Below, piece after piece: positions 54,139-64,000 of a DNA stretch of 64,000 nt (the stretch's first letter is position 1; the number at the start of each line of letters is the position of its first letter). Made by a program: the position numbers and the translations under genes. Under the pieces are notes generated by a model that saw nothing but the letters and a program-made list of their open reading frames with translations, was not told the DNA's origin and ran no database searches. The DNA comes from Octopus sinensis (lineage: Eukaryota): the NCBI RefSeq assembly GCF_006345805.1, contig NC_043019.1, forward strand, positions 21,761,360 to 21,825,359. Direction: 5' to 3'.

Positions 54139-54857
54139 CTGAAAAAGAGAAAAAGTTAAATATATATAAGTAAAATCATAATTAGTTAAAATCATAATTA
54201 GTAAAATCATAAGTAGTTAAAGATAGTCATTACCTATGGGTTCAAACTCTACCAAGATCAACTTATCCCTTTAGTATTTAAACTTAAGTATATCTGGCCA
54301 AAATATTCGACCTGCTTTATCTTCAAACTGGCCATATCTGGCACCTCACACCTACTCTACAATGTCATTCTAAATATTACCACATCATCAAACTCATGAA
54401 GCTACAAGATAATACAAGATAATTTCAAAACAATGTGAACAAATAAATAAGCATTACATTTAACAGAATAATCTGAATGTGAAATGGTTAAAATACTAAA
54501 ATATCATACCAGTTAACTACAGGGGTCAGTTTCATTGACTAACACTCTTCTTCAAAACAACTATTACTTTTTTTTTTTTTACCATTATTACAGCAATAAT
54601 CTTTCAAGTCATCTTTCAATGCTCTTTTTCTTTAAACGAATAAACTGTTTATGGTTTTTTTGCTGTTTTTCCATTATTTCTTCTGATCAAATTTTCAGAT
54701 TAGTTTATCAAAACAATAAATCTTACCACAATCATCACAAACATATGATGATGATGATTATGAGGGGGAGGATGGTGATGATGAATATGATGATAATAAC
54801 GATGATTACAATGATGGTAATAATGATGGAAGTTGTGATGATTAATATCTAGAAATA

Positions 54858-55019
54858 GCTGCAGGTATGGGTGTGAGGCTAATAAGTTCACTTCCCAAGT
54901 ATCTAGTTTCAGGTTCACTCCCACAGCAATGCATTTTAGGAAAGTGTCTTCTACTATAGTCCTGGGCTGAGCAAAACCTTGAGAGTGGATTTGATAGACA
55001 GAAACTGAAAGAAGCCTCT

Positions 55020-55020
<1 letters not shown>
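54858..55020 (+). mobile_element. Family-A SINE 5' half
   Basis: Contains AAGTGTCTTCTACTATAGTCCTGGGCTGAGCAAAACCTTGAGAGTGGATTTGATAGACAGAAACTGAAAGAAGCC. Confidence 0.75.
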
Positions 55021-55054
<34 letters not shown>

Positions 55055-55079
55055 TATATACATTTTTATATATATATAC

Positions 55080-55124
<45 letters not shown>

Positions 55125-55523
55125 TTTTTGGGTTTCAGCTCAGAGCTGCGGCCATACACACACACACACACATATATATATACACACATATATATACATA
55201 TATATACATTTTTTTTTTGTTCAGCTCAGAGCTGCGACCATACACACACACACCACACACAACACACACGAGTATATAGGGATAACTTATCCAGGCAGGT
55301 ACCATATATGAGCACTCAAGTATAGTCCAGATTCAGGCTATCACAGTGAGTTGTAGGAAGCACCTAGGATTGTTAGAGTGAGCAATCCCACCAAAACTCT
55401 TCTAATGGTAAATCCTGGGTTTGCCATACTGGATTATGAATATTTTCAGGAGTCTAAATCCAAAACAATTACAAAGAATATGGAGACTGGTACATCTTCA
55501 AGTTAATCTTTTAATTTCCTAAT

Positions 55524-56195
55524 TATGAGGGGATTCTGAAAAATTCCTAGCTTCAAGGGTACCACAAAAGAGTAGAGTTGTTACCTCTTCAGGGAAGGTA
55601 GAGCAACTGTCTAAGAGAATATATGCAAAATTCATGATGGTATACAATATATTTTTCTCTTTTTTGCAGATTTAATGAAAATGTGTGCCTATCTTACTCC
55701 ACAGTGAAAATCTGGGTATCAAGGTTTCAGACTGATGATTTTGAGGTCACAGATGAACCCTGGTCAGGATGGCCAACTTCCACGACCACAGAGGACAAAA
55801 ACCAATGTTGTTCATGGCATGATTCTCAAGGACCACCAGATTTCAGCAGAAGTTATGGTTGAGATTCTGGGAATTTCCCACGAAAGAGTTGACCACATCA
55901 TTTACGACATTCTGGACATGAGAAAACTTTCTGCAAAATGGGTGCCAAAATGCCTAAACACAGATCAGAAACACATCAGAGTGACACCATTAAAGGCGAT
56001 TTTGGACCAGATTGTGGCAAGAGAAGCTGATTTCATGACTCATTTAGTCACCATGGATAAAACTTGGCTTCATCATTATGCTCGTCAGACCAAGCAGCAA
56101 TAAACGGAATGGTGCCACAGAGGTTCACTGTGTCCCAAGAAGTTTCGGACCCAGAAGTCAGCTGGAAAGATTCTGGTGTGTACACAAGGGATTAT
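55524..56195 (+). mobile_element. Mariner 5' fragment (copy 1 within a tandem duplication)
   Basis: Starts with TIR TATGAGGGGATTCTGAAAAATTCCTAGCTT. Encodes MRKLSAKWVPKCL...LVTMDKTWLHHY...KQQ*TEWCHRGSLCPKKFRTQKSAGK (WVPxxL motif and the first catalytic D region). Confidence 0.85.
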
Positions 56196-56819
56196 GAGCA
56201 TTTGAGCCTCCTTGCTTTGACAGTTGTAAATGAGTTTCACTGCCATACCAGCAGTGTTTCCAGTCTCCCATGTAAACAAGTTTGGCTATGGGGAACATCT
56301 TGCTTGGAAACAGGAGAGTATTGGCGACAGGAAAAACATCTGGCTATAGAAAAATTTAGCTCAAAGAATTCCATCTAACCTGAGAAAACATAGGAAAATT
56401 AGTACCAGCTGAGTACTAGGGTCCATGTAATTGACATTCCTTTTCCTTCAAAATTCCTTGCTTTGAGTCAAAATTTGAAACCATTGTTTTTATCATCATC
56501 TTGTGAAACAAATACAAAAATTACAACACACCACACACACACACAACACACACACACACACACGAGTATATAGGGATAACTTATCCAGGCAGGTACCATA
56601 TATGAGCACTCAAGTATAGTCCAGATTCAGGCTATCACAGTGAGTTGTAGGAAGCACCTAGGATTGTTTAGAGTGAGCAATCCCACCAAAACTCTTCTAA
56701 TGGGTAAATCCTGGGTTTGCCATACTGGATTATGAATATTTTCAGGAGTCTAAATCCAAAACAATTACAAAGAATATGGAGACTGGTACATCTTCAAGTT
56801 AATCTTTTAATTTCCTAAT

Positions 56820-57491
56820 TATGAGGGGATTCTGAAAAATTCCTAGCTTCAAGGGTACCACAAAAGAGTAGAGTTGTTACCTCTTCAGGGAAGGTAGAGC
56901 AACTGTCTAAGAGAATATATGCAAAATTCATGATGGTATACAATATATTTTTCTCTTTTTTGCAGATTTAATGAAAATGTGTGCCTATCTTACTCCACAG
57001 TGAAAATCTGGGTATCAAGGTTTCAGACTGATGATTTTGAGGTCACAGATGAACCCTGGTCAGGATGGCCAACTTCCACGACCACAGAGGACAAAAACCA
57101 ATGTTGTTCATGGCATGATTCTCAAGGACCACCAGATTTCAGCAGAAGTTATGGTTGAGATTCTGGGAATTTCCCACGAAAGAGTTGACCACATCATTTA
57201 CGACATTCTGGACATGAGAAAACTTTCTGCAAAATGGGTGCCAAAATGCCTAAACACAGATCAGAAACACATCAGAGTGACACCATTAAAGGCGATTTTG
57301 GACCAGATTGTGGCAAGAGAAGCTGATTTCATGACTCATTTAGTCACCATGGATAAAACTTGGCTTCATCATTATGCTCGTCAGACCAAGCAGCAATAAA
57401 CGGAATGGTGCCACAGAGGTTCACTGTGTCCCAAGAAGTTTCGGACCCAGAAGTCAGCTGGAAAGATTCTGGTGTGTACACAAGGGATTAT
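56820..57491 (+). mobile_element. Mariner 5' fragment (copy 2 within a tandem duplication)
   Basis: Same sequence as 55524-56195 at offset 1296; the ORF translations in the supplied track are identical. Confidence 0.85.
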
Positions 57492-58719
57492 GAGCATTTG
57501 AGCCTCCTTGCTTTGACAGTTGTAAATGAGTTTCACTGCCATACCAGCAGTGTTTCCAGTCTCCCATGTAAACAAGTTTGGCTATGGGGAACATCTTGCT
57601 TGGAAACAGGAGAGTATTGGCGACAGGAAAAACATCTGGCTATAGAAAAATTTAGCTCAAAGAATTCCATCTAACCTGAGAAAACATAGGAAAATTAGTA
57701 CCAGCTGAGTACTAGGGTCCATGTAATTGACATTCCTTTTCCTTCAAAATTCCTTGCTTTGAGTCAAAATTTGAAACCATTGTTTTTATCATCATCTTGT
57801 GAAACAAATACAAAAATTACAACACACACACACACACACACAACATTTTTCTGCACAATTTCTGTTTACTGAATTCCACTCACAAAATTTTGGTTAACCG
57901 AAGGCTATAAAATGAAGGTGCCTTGCAGCAGAATCAAATCCAAGTCCACAGGCTTGTGTAACAAACTTCTTAGCCACAGGGCTTTGTTAGTGCAATTATC
58001 TAATTTAACTGCATCTAAATAACAAACGGGATGGTCATAGCTGGAATGGTTTCGATTATCAGTCTGATCAGGCAGAGCTGACCATGGTTAAGCTCTCCCT
58101 TTCTCCCTAGATACACACAAACATTTACTATCGCTATTTCAACAACAACAACCATCATCATCATCAATATAATTGTACTTCATTGTTACTTTACCATCAA
58201 TAATTAAGGAGGCGCTTGTATTTCCAGCCAACCCTACCGCAACCCCAGTTTGCTAAATAGCTTTTGGTTGTTCCTATTACAATGGTGGCTCTTCACCTCA
58301 ATTCATTGAAGAATAAAAATGATGATACCAAACAGAAAATATGTCAAAACACATTTAAACAGTTGTTCAAACTGTGCAATATAAATTTGATCAATCAGAA
58401 ATGATTATTCAACAGACTTCAAACGAAAATCATGAAACCATTTACAAGAATTTCTATATTTATTGATGATGTTGGTGTTGTTATCAGTATTGATATTGGT
58501 GATGCTGAAGTTAGTCTTATTTTCAAAAGTACTTATACATTTTGCTGTTTTCTATGGTGTGTTTTTTATTTTTAATAAACCAAACAAATTGTATTAAAAA
58601 AAGGAAAGTAATTTTTTAAAGAGGAAAGAAAGTTGTTTAATAATTCATGATTTCCAAAACAATTTTTATAAATTTTTTTTTCATCATTTCAATTTAACGT
58701 TTCAAATTTTATTAAGTTA

Positions 58720-58751
58720 ACTAGAGTGTTACCCATCATATAATGGGTAAC
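58720..58751 (-). mobile_element. Possible Helitron 3' terminus (hairpin followed by CTAG|T)
   Basis: On the minus strand, GTTACCCAT-tatatg-ATGGGTAAC is followed by ACT-CTAG-T. The other end was not found. Confidence 0.35.
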
Positions 58752-59032
58752 TTTGGAAGTATATACATTCGCCACCATGGGTAATAATCAGAAAATATAA
58801 CATACACACACACAACGATTATAATTTAACTTTTATTGAATTTTTGGGTGCTTATATAAAAACAATGAAATGAATAGTAATTTTCAAATGAAAAATATTT
58901 ATTACCTTAAAATATAATTAGTAGAACATTAATCAGAAAGTAAAAATTGAAAATAAAATTTTTCATGTAGATTTGATATTATGGAAGTTCACATGTACAC
59001 CCACTCCTCCATTCCCCTCCCCTCATATACAT

Positions 59033-59295
59033 CTTTTGTCTTTTATTTGTTTCAGTCATTATACTGTGGCCATACTGGGGCACTGACTTCAAGAACTTTT
59101 AGTCAAATGAATTGACGCCAGTATTTATTTTCTGTTTCAAGCTTGGTATTTATTCTATCAGTCTCTTTTGCCAAAACGCTAAGTTACAAGAACATGAATA
59201 CACCAATTATCAAGCAGTGGTGGACAAATACACACACATATGTATGTATATATATATACATACATACATGCATATATATATGTATGTATGTATGT

Positions 59296-59338
<43 letters not shown>

Positions 59339-59465
59339 TATATAGAGAGATAACAAGCTTCTCTTAGTTTCCTTCTACCAAACCCACTCACAAGGCTTTG
59401 GTCAGCCCAAGGCTATATTAGAAGACACTTGCTCTAGGTGCCACGCAGTGGGACTGAACCCTGAA
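59033..59465 (-). mobile_element. Family-A SINE, diverged
   Basis: The plus strand runs from TTGTTTCAGTCATTATACTGTGGCCATACTGG to GTGCCACGCAGTGGGACTGAACC. Confidence 0.75.
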
Positions 59466-59559
59466 CCAATTATATCAGCTATTATTATATAAAGATAATA
59501 TATTAACAGCAGTTTCCTTTATTATGTAATAGTGGAGCTGTACTACTTAAGAAAGAGTC

Positions 59560-60050
59560 ATGAGGAGGATAAAGAAGACAGAGGTGGTGATGGTAGTTAT
59601 GATGATGGCAATGATAGTGATGGTAATGTTGATGATGATGATGATGAGGAGGAGGAGGAGGGTGGTGATGGTGGTGGTAGTTGTGATGATGATAGCAATG
59701 ATAATGATGGTAATGTTGATGATGATGATGATGAGGAGGAGGAGGAGGGTGGTGGTGGTGGTGGTGGTAGTCGTGATGATGCTGACAATGATATTGATGG
59801 TTGTGGTGGTAGTGGTGGTGGTGACAATAATGATGGTGGTGCTGGAGATGATGATTATGATAAGGAGGAGGAGGAGGAATGGTGACGCTAGTGGTTGTGG
59901 TGATGATGATGATGATGATGATGATGGTGATGATAATGAGGGTAGTGGTGGTGGTGACAAGGTAATGATGGTTATGATGCTGATAAGGATAGCGCTGTTG
60001 CTGCAGCAGTTGCTGATGATGATTGTGATTGTAAGCAGCAGCAAATATGG
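59560..60050. repeat. Compound GAT/GGT/GAG trinucleotide low-complexity tract with an internal duplication
   Basis: GATGGTAATGTTGATGATGATGATGATGAGGAGGAGGAGGAGGGTGGTG occurs twice, 81 bp apart. Confidence 0.9.
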
Positions 60051-60202
60051 AAGTTGAAATGATGACATAAGTTTGGTGCCAAAATAATTCACCCTACCCT
60101 CTTCACCCGCAACACTCCAATCATCACCACGCACCTTCCAGTTTGCTAAATCACTGTCTATCTATTTTCTTTTGATCCACTTCTGGTATCGATTTAAATC
60201 AA

Positions 60203-60233
<31 letters not shown>

Positions 60234-60344
60234 TTTTGAAAAATCTGACTGGCTTCCATTTACAATCAAATAATACTGTCCGTCTAGGAGACACATGTAC
60301 AATTTCTGTTGTATTTTGTCAATTTCCTCTTTTTTCCTTATTTT

Positions 60345-61038
60345 TTGTCATTATTTATTTATTTATTTCTGTTAATATTATTTATTTATTTTTGTTAATA
60401 TTATTTATTTATTTATTTATTATGTTAATATTATTTATTTATTTATTTATTTATTTTTGTTAATATTATTTATTTATTTATTTATTTATTTCTGTTAATA
60501 TTATTTATTTACTTATTTATTTCTGTTAATATTATTTATTTACTTATTTATTTATTTATGTTAATATTATTTATTTACTTATTTATTTATTTATGTTAAT
60601 ATTATTTATTTATTTATTTATTTATTTTTGTTAATATTATTTATTTATTTATTTATTTCTGTTAATATTATTTATTTATTTATTTATTTCTGTTAATATT
60701 ATTTATTTACTTATTTATTTATTTATGTTAATATTATTTATTTATTTATTTATTTTTGTTAATATTATTTATTTATTTATTTATTTTCGTTAATATTATT
60801 TATTTATTTATTTATTTCTGTTAATATTATTTATTTATTTATTTATTTTCGTTAATATTATTTATTTATTTATTTATTTCTGTTAATATTATTTATTTAT
60901 TTATTTATTTTTGTTAATATTATTTATTTATTTATTTATTTTCGTTAATATTATTTATTTATTTATTTATTTCTGTTAATATTATTTATTTATTTATTTA
61001 TTTATGTTAATATTATTTATTTATTTATTTATGTTAAC
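60345..61038. repeat. AT-rich minisatellite, GTTAATATT(ATTT)n units of about 27-36 bp
   Basis: 21 GTTAATATT anchors were counted from about 60371 to 61006, plus a degenerate terminal GTTAACAT. Confidence 0.95.
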
Positions 61039-61863
61039 ATGAAACAGCTAAGTGCAGGGACAATACCAAATCTTAATGGCATGCCAGACCACATCCCATC
61101 CCCCACCAGCATCAGTGCAACACACAATTATTACAAATGCTACATAGCCTTCAATTTCTCTTCAAACAACCTTTTGAAATATGTACTAGCTTTACATTGA
61201 ATGTCCAACTAATGTTTACAAAAATAAACAAATAATATAAAAGTACATCAACAACAATGGTTTCAAATTTTGGCATAAGGCCATCATTTTTGGAGGAGGG
61301 GTTCATTCAATTAAATTCACACACACACACACAAGCACACTGCTCAACTGGTACTTATTTTATTAATCCCAAAAGGATAAAAGGCAAAGTCAACTTCAGT
61401 AGAATTTGAACTCAAAACATAATGGACGAAATGTTGCTTAAGCATTTTGGCTGACATGCTAATGATTCTGCCAGCTCGTCGCCTTAATAATAATGGTTTC
61501 AAATTTTGGCACAAGACCAGCAAATATGAGGGAGGGGTAAATCGATTGCATTGACGCTAGTGCTTGACTGTTTTTGAACTCGAAATATAAGGCATAGGTA
61601 TTAAAATTTCACTTCACAAACACATGGTCCCAGGTTCAATTCCACGGCATGCATACTGTTCAGATGTCTTCAACAATAGCTTCAGTGAGTTAAAAATTTA
61701 GATGTAAATTGTAACACTATATATGTATGTACATACATATGTATTATTCAAAACAGTTTGATTCAGTTCCATGCTACTTCAAGTTTCACAAGCCACTAAT
61801 AGGAGCCTGACTCTGTCAGGCTTCTAGAATGCCAAATGGAGAGATCAAGAAGTCCAAGATGGT

Positions 61864-61978
61864 TACCAGAAGATAGGCAGCTATTGGTCAAGGAGGGTCA
61901 CATGGTATTGTAGCAAAAAATACCAACTATTATCCACCATGTGACCATCCTTGACCAATAGCAGCCTATCTTCTGGTA
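61864..61978. repeat. 43-bp inverted repeat with 29-nt spacer
   Basis: TACCAGAAGATAGGCAGCTATTGGTCAAGGAGGGTCACATGGT versus the reverse complement of 61936-61978: 41 of 43 identical. Confidence 0.9.
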
Positions 61979-62150
61979 GCAATATATTGTGATATAATCA
62001 AAAACGTTTGCATGCAGCACACATCTGTCGGTGACTAGGTCACAGTATTATGTAACATAATTTTCAACTTCATATTACAAACAATATATGCTTAAAGGAA
62101 GTCTTTGCATGCTTCCAAATGGCTAACTTGTATCTTCCATGCAGCGATTA

Positions 62151-62370
62151 TATGAGGGGGCGCTGAAAAGTTCCTAGCTTTGAGTAAAAGAAAATACAGG
62201 AGGGTCAGTTAATTGTGATTTTATTGAACATATTTCCTTCTCAGATTCACACACTCGTTGCAAAGGCCCTTCAGGTTTTCAAAGCCTTGTAAAAGAACTC
62301 AGAAGGTTGAGCCTCCAACAAGATCTTTCGCGATGCCCTTAAAGCCAGGATCTTTTCAGCACCCCCAATA
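62151..62370. mobile_element. Non-autonomous mariner-type MITE (about 220 bp)
   Basis: TIRs TATGAGGGGGCGCTGAAAAGTTCCTAGCTTT and AAAGCCAGGATCTTTTCAGCACCCCCAATA. This is the same TIR family as the mariner at 55524. Confidence 0.8.
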
Positions 62371-62659
62371 TCTGCTTGGCTTTTCTAATCCCTTTTTTCC
62401 TCTGCATATGCATGTATATCGATATGTATATGTGTATGTACATGTGTGTATATGTGAATGCTTGTGAGAGAAAAAGAGTCTTGTTTCTGCATTGCTTCAC
62501 TTTGATGCTATTTGAGCAAAAGTAGTGACGCATGTTTATGTTGCTTGGGAAACATTATGTGCCATTACTCAGTTGTTTCACTGTATAACAACAACAGTGA
62601 AACAAAAACAAAAAAAAAAAACTGGTATGTGAAAAACCAGCCAGGATTGGCAGCAAGAA

Positions 62660-63080
62660 GGGTATCTGGATGATATTATTAACCATCTTACAAACAATAA
62701 CTCTGAGCACCTTTTCAAACTCCACCTGTCTAACACCCGTGGACATGTTTACAAAGTCAGCAAACAGCACAGCTCCCATGACTTTCAAAAACATTTTTTC
62801 ATGCTAAGAGTTGCTGAAGCATGGAACAAACTGCCGGCATCAGTTGTAAGTTGTCGGAGTACTACATCTTTCAAAATGACCATGCTTCCTGAGATTCGCC
62901 AACACTACACCTGATTTTTCTCCCCTCCATACACATGGAAGCATGTATCTGACTCATACACTGTTCACTTTCCAGACATTTGTACATTACTGCATATACT
63001 TTATACGCACTTTTTGACAAGTTGTGGTGCACCTGAGCACTGTATACAATAATTTCATTATTATTATTATTATTATTATA
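62660..63080 (+). mobile_element. CR1-clade LINE 3' end
   Basis: Translates to IINHLTNNNSEHLFKLHLSNTRGHVYKVSKQHSSHDFQKHFFMLRVAEAWNKLPASVV (TRGH...FF..RV..WN.LP motif). The 3' UTR ends in GTGGTGCACCTGAGCACTGTATACAAT followed by (ATT)n. Confidence 0.85.
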
Positions 63081-63577
63081 AACAGTGTCTTTACAAGTTA
63101 CATCAAACCCATACCGGTTTGGAGAAACAGACGTAAAAATAATATGGCAACACAACTGATTTTGTTTCTTTATCTCTTGGTAATTGTGTGTGTGTGTGCA
63201 TGTTTGAGAGTGTACACACACACACTATATTTTTATGGCATTGGTAACCACACACTGAAATTACTGAGCTATGGGGAATTTCGTTTAAAAGATGTGTAAA
63301 CAAGCATCATGGTTTCTCTCCAAATGGTGTTAATGTCAAACGGAAACAAAATTCTCTTACACACACATGCATACATACATACATACATACACACACACAC
63401 ACGTATGTATGTATATATATAAAAGAAGTAATGGTTTCACTGAGACCCAAAGGTGTCGTTGAGACCCAAAGGTGTCAGGTAATGCTGAATAAGTGCTATA
63501 GACAGACCATAGTTAAGTTCCAGATTAGGTAATATTGCAAATAAAGGGTTCAACGTTGGTTCTATGTTCAGCGTGTG

Positions 63578-63716
63578 TATATAAGAATTTTTTGCGTAAT
63601 AAGATAAAAAACCAAGGCTGTATAGATATTAGAACATTTATAGATAGAGCATTTATAGATAGAAATGCTCTAATATCTATACAGCCTTGGTTTTTTATCT
63701 TATTATGCAAAAAATT

Positions 63717-63724
<8 letters not shown>
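63578..63724. repeat. Near-perfect fold-back with about 60-bp arms, embedded in TA repeats
   Basis: TATAAGAATTTTTTGC(G/A)TAATAAGATAAAAAACCAAGGCTGTATAGATATTAGA(A/G)CATTT: two transition mismatches between the arms. Confidence 0.9.
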
Positions 63725-63754
<30 letters not shown>

Positions 63755-63838
63755 CACAACACACACACACACACACATATACACACATACATGTATATAT
63801 ACACACACACACATATACATACATACATGCGTGTATAT

Positions 63839-63903
<65 letters not shown>

Positions 63904-64000
63904 GGAGAGTTTACGATAAAAACAAAAGACGAAGACAAGTGGTGTACAAAACAAACAGATGTATTAGTATAATGCTCAGGAATAGAAAAAGTCTTTTACG

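Larger units (their letters stand above)
55269..57830. repeat. Near-perfect tandem duplication (about 1.26-kb units, offset 1294-1296) bounded by (CA)n tracts
   Basis: Units start at 55269 and 56563. The only differences noticed are two 1-bp homopolymer indels (GTTAG/GTTTAG and ATGGTA/ATGGGTA). Confidence 0.95.

Noticed and set aside
59532-60134. Acidic D/E/G-rich, poly-Met and poly-Ile ORFs up to 195 aa
   Set aside because: Trinucleotide low-complexity tract open in several frames on both strands; no flanking splice sites or unique coding sequence.
60345-61038. Regular repeat array superficially like CRISPR
   Set aside because: Eukaryotic context, no unique spacers (all intervening sequence is ATTT runs) and no cas genes.
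62628-62665. QPGLAAR-like peptide resembling the expected end of the preceding PDZ1 exon
   Set aside because: On the wrong (plus) strand and contiguous with the CR1 fragment.

Overview
AT-rich, microsatellite-dense animal genomic DNA. The SINE, LINE and MITE families and the (TA)n/(TG)n density resemble an octopus-type cephalopod genome (inferred from recalled repeat families, not from a search). Nearly the whole window is intron of a minus-strand multi-PDZ scaffold gene (MPDZ/PATJ family). Only one clearly supported exon is present: 53787-54138, the second half of PDZ1 plus linker, phase 2 to phase 0. A candidate alternative first coding exon lies at 23260-23391 inside a CpG-retaining, promoter/5'UTR-like block. 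The rest is decayed mobile DNA: mariner copies and a mariner MITE, TTAA piggyBac-type MITEs, RTE/CR1/Tx1 LINE fragments, Penelope-like (GIY-YIG) remnants and three or more SINE families. The most interesting observations are a core-intact minimal hammerhead ribozyme motif (10537-10605) with degenerate relatives elsewhere, several long near-perfect fold-back elements, inverted SINE pairs around the exons (possible ADAR or back-splicing substrates), and two near-identical tandem duplications bounded by microsatellites (very recent events or assembly artefacts). Most ORFs in the supplied track are microsatellite noise.
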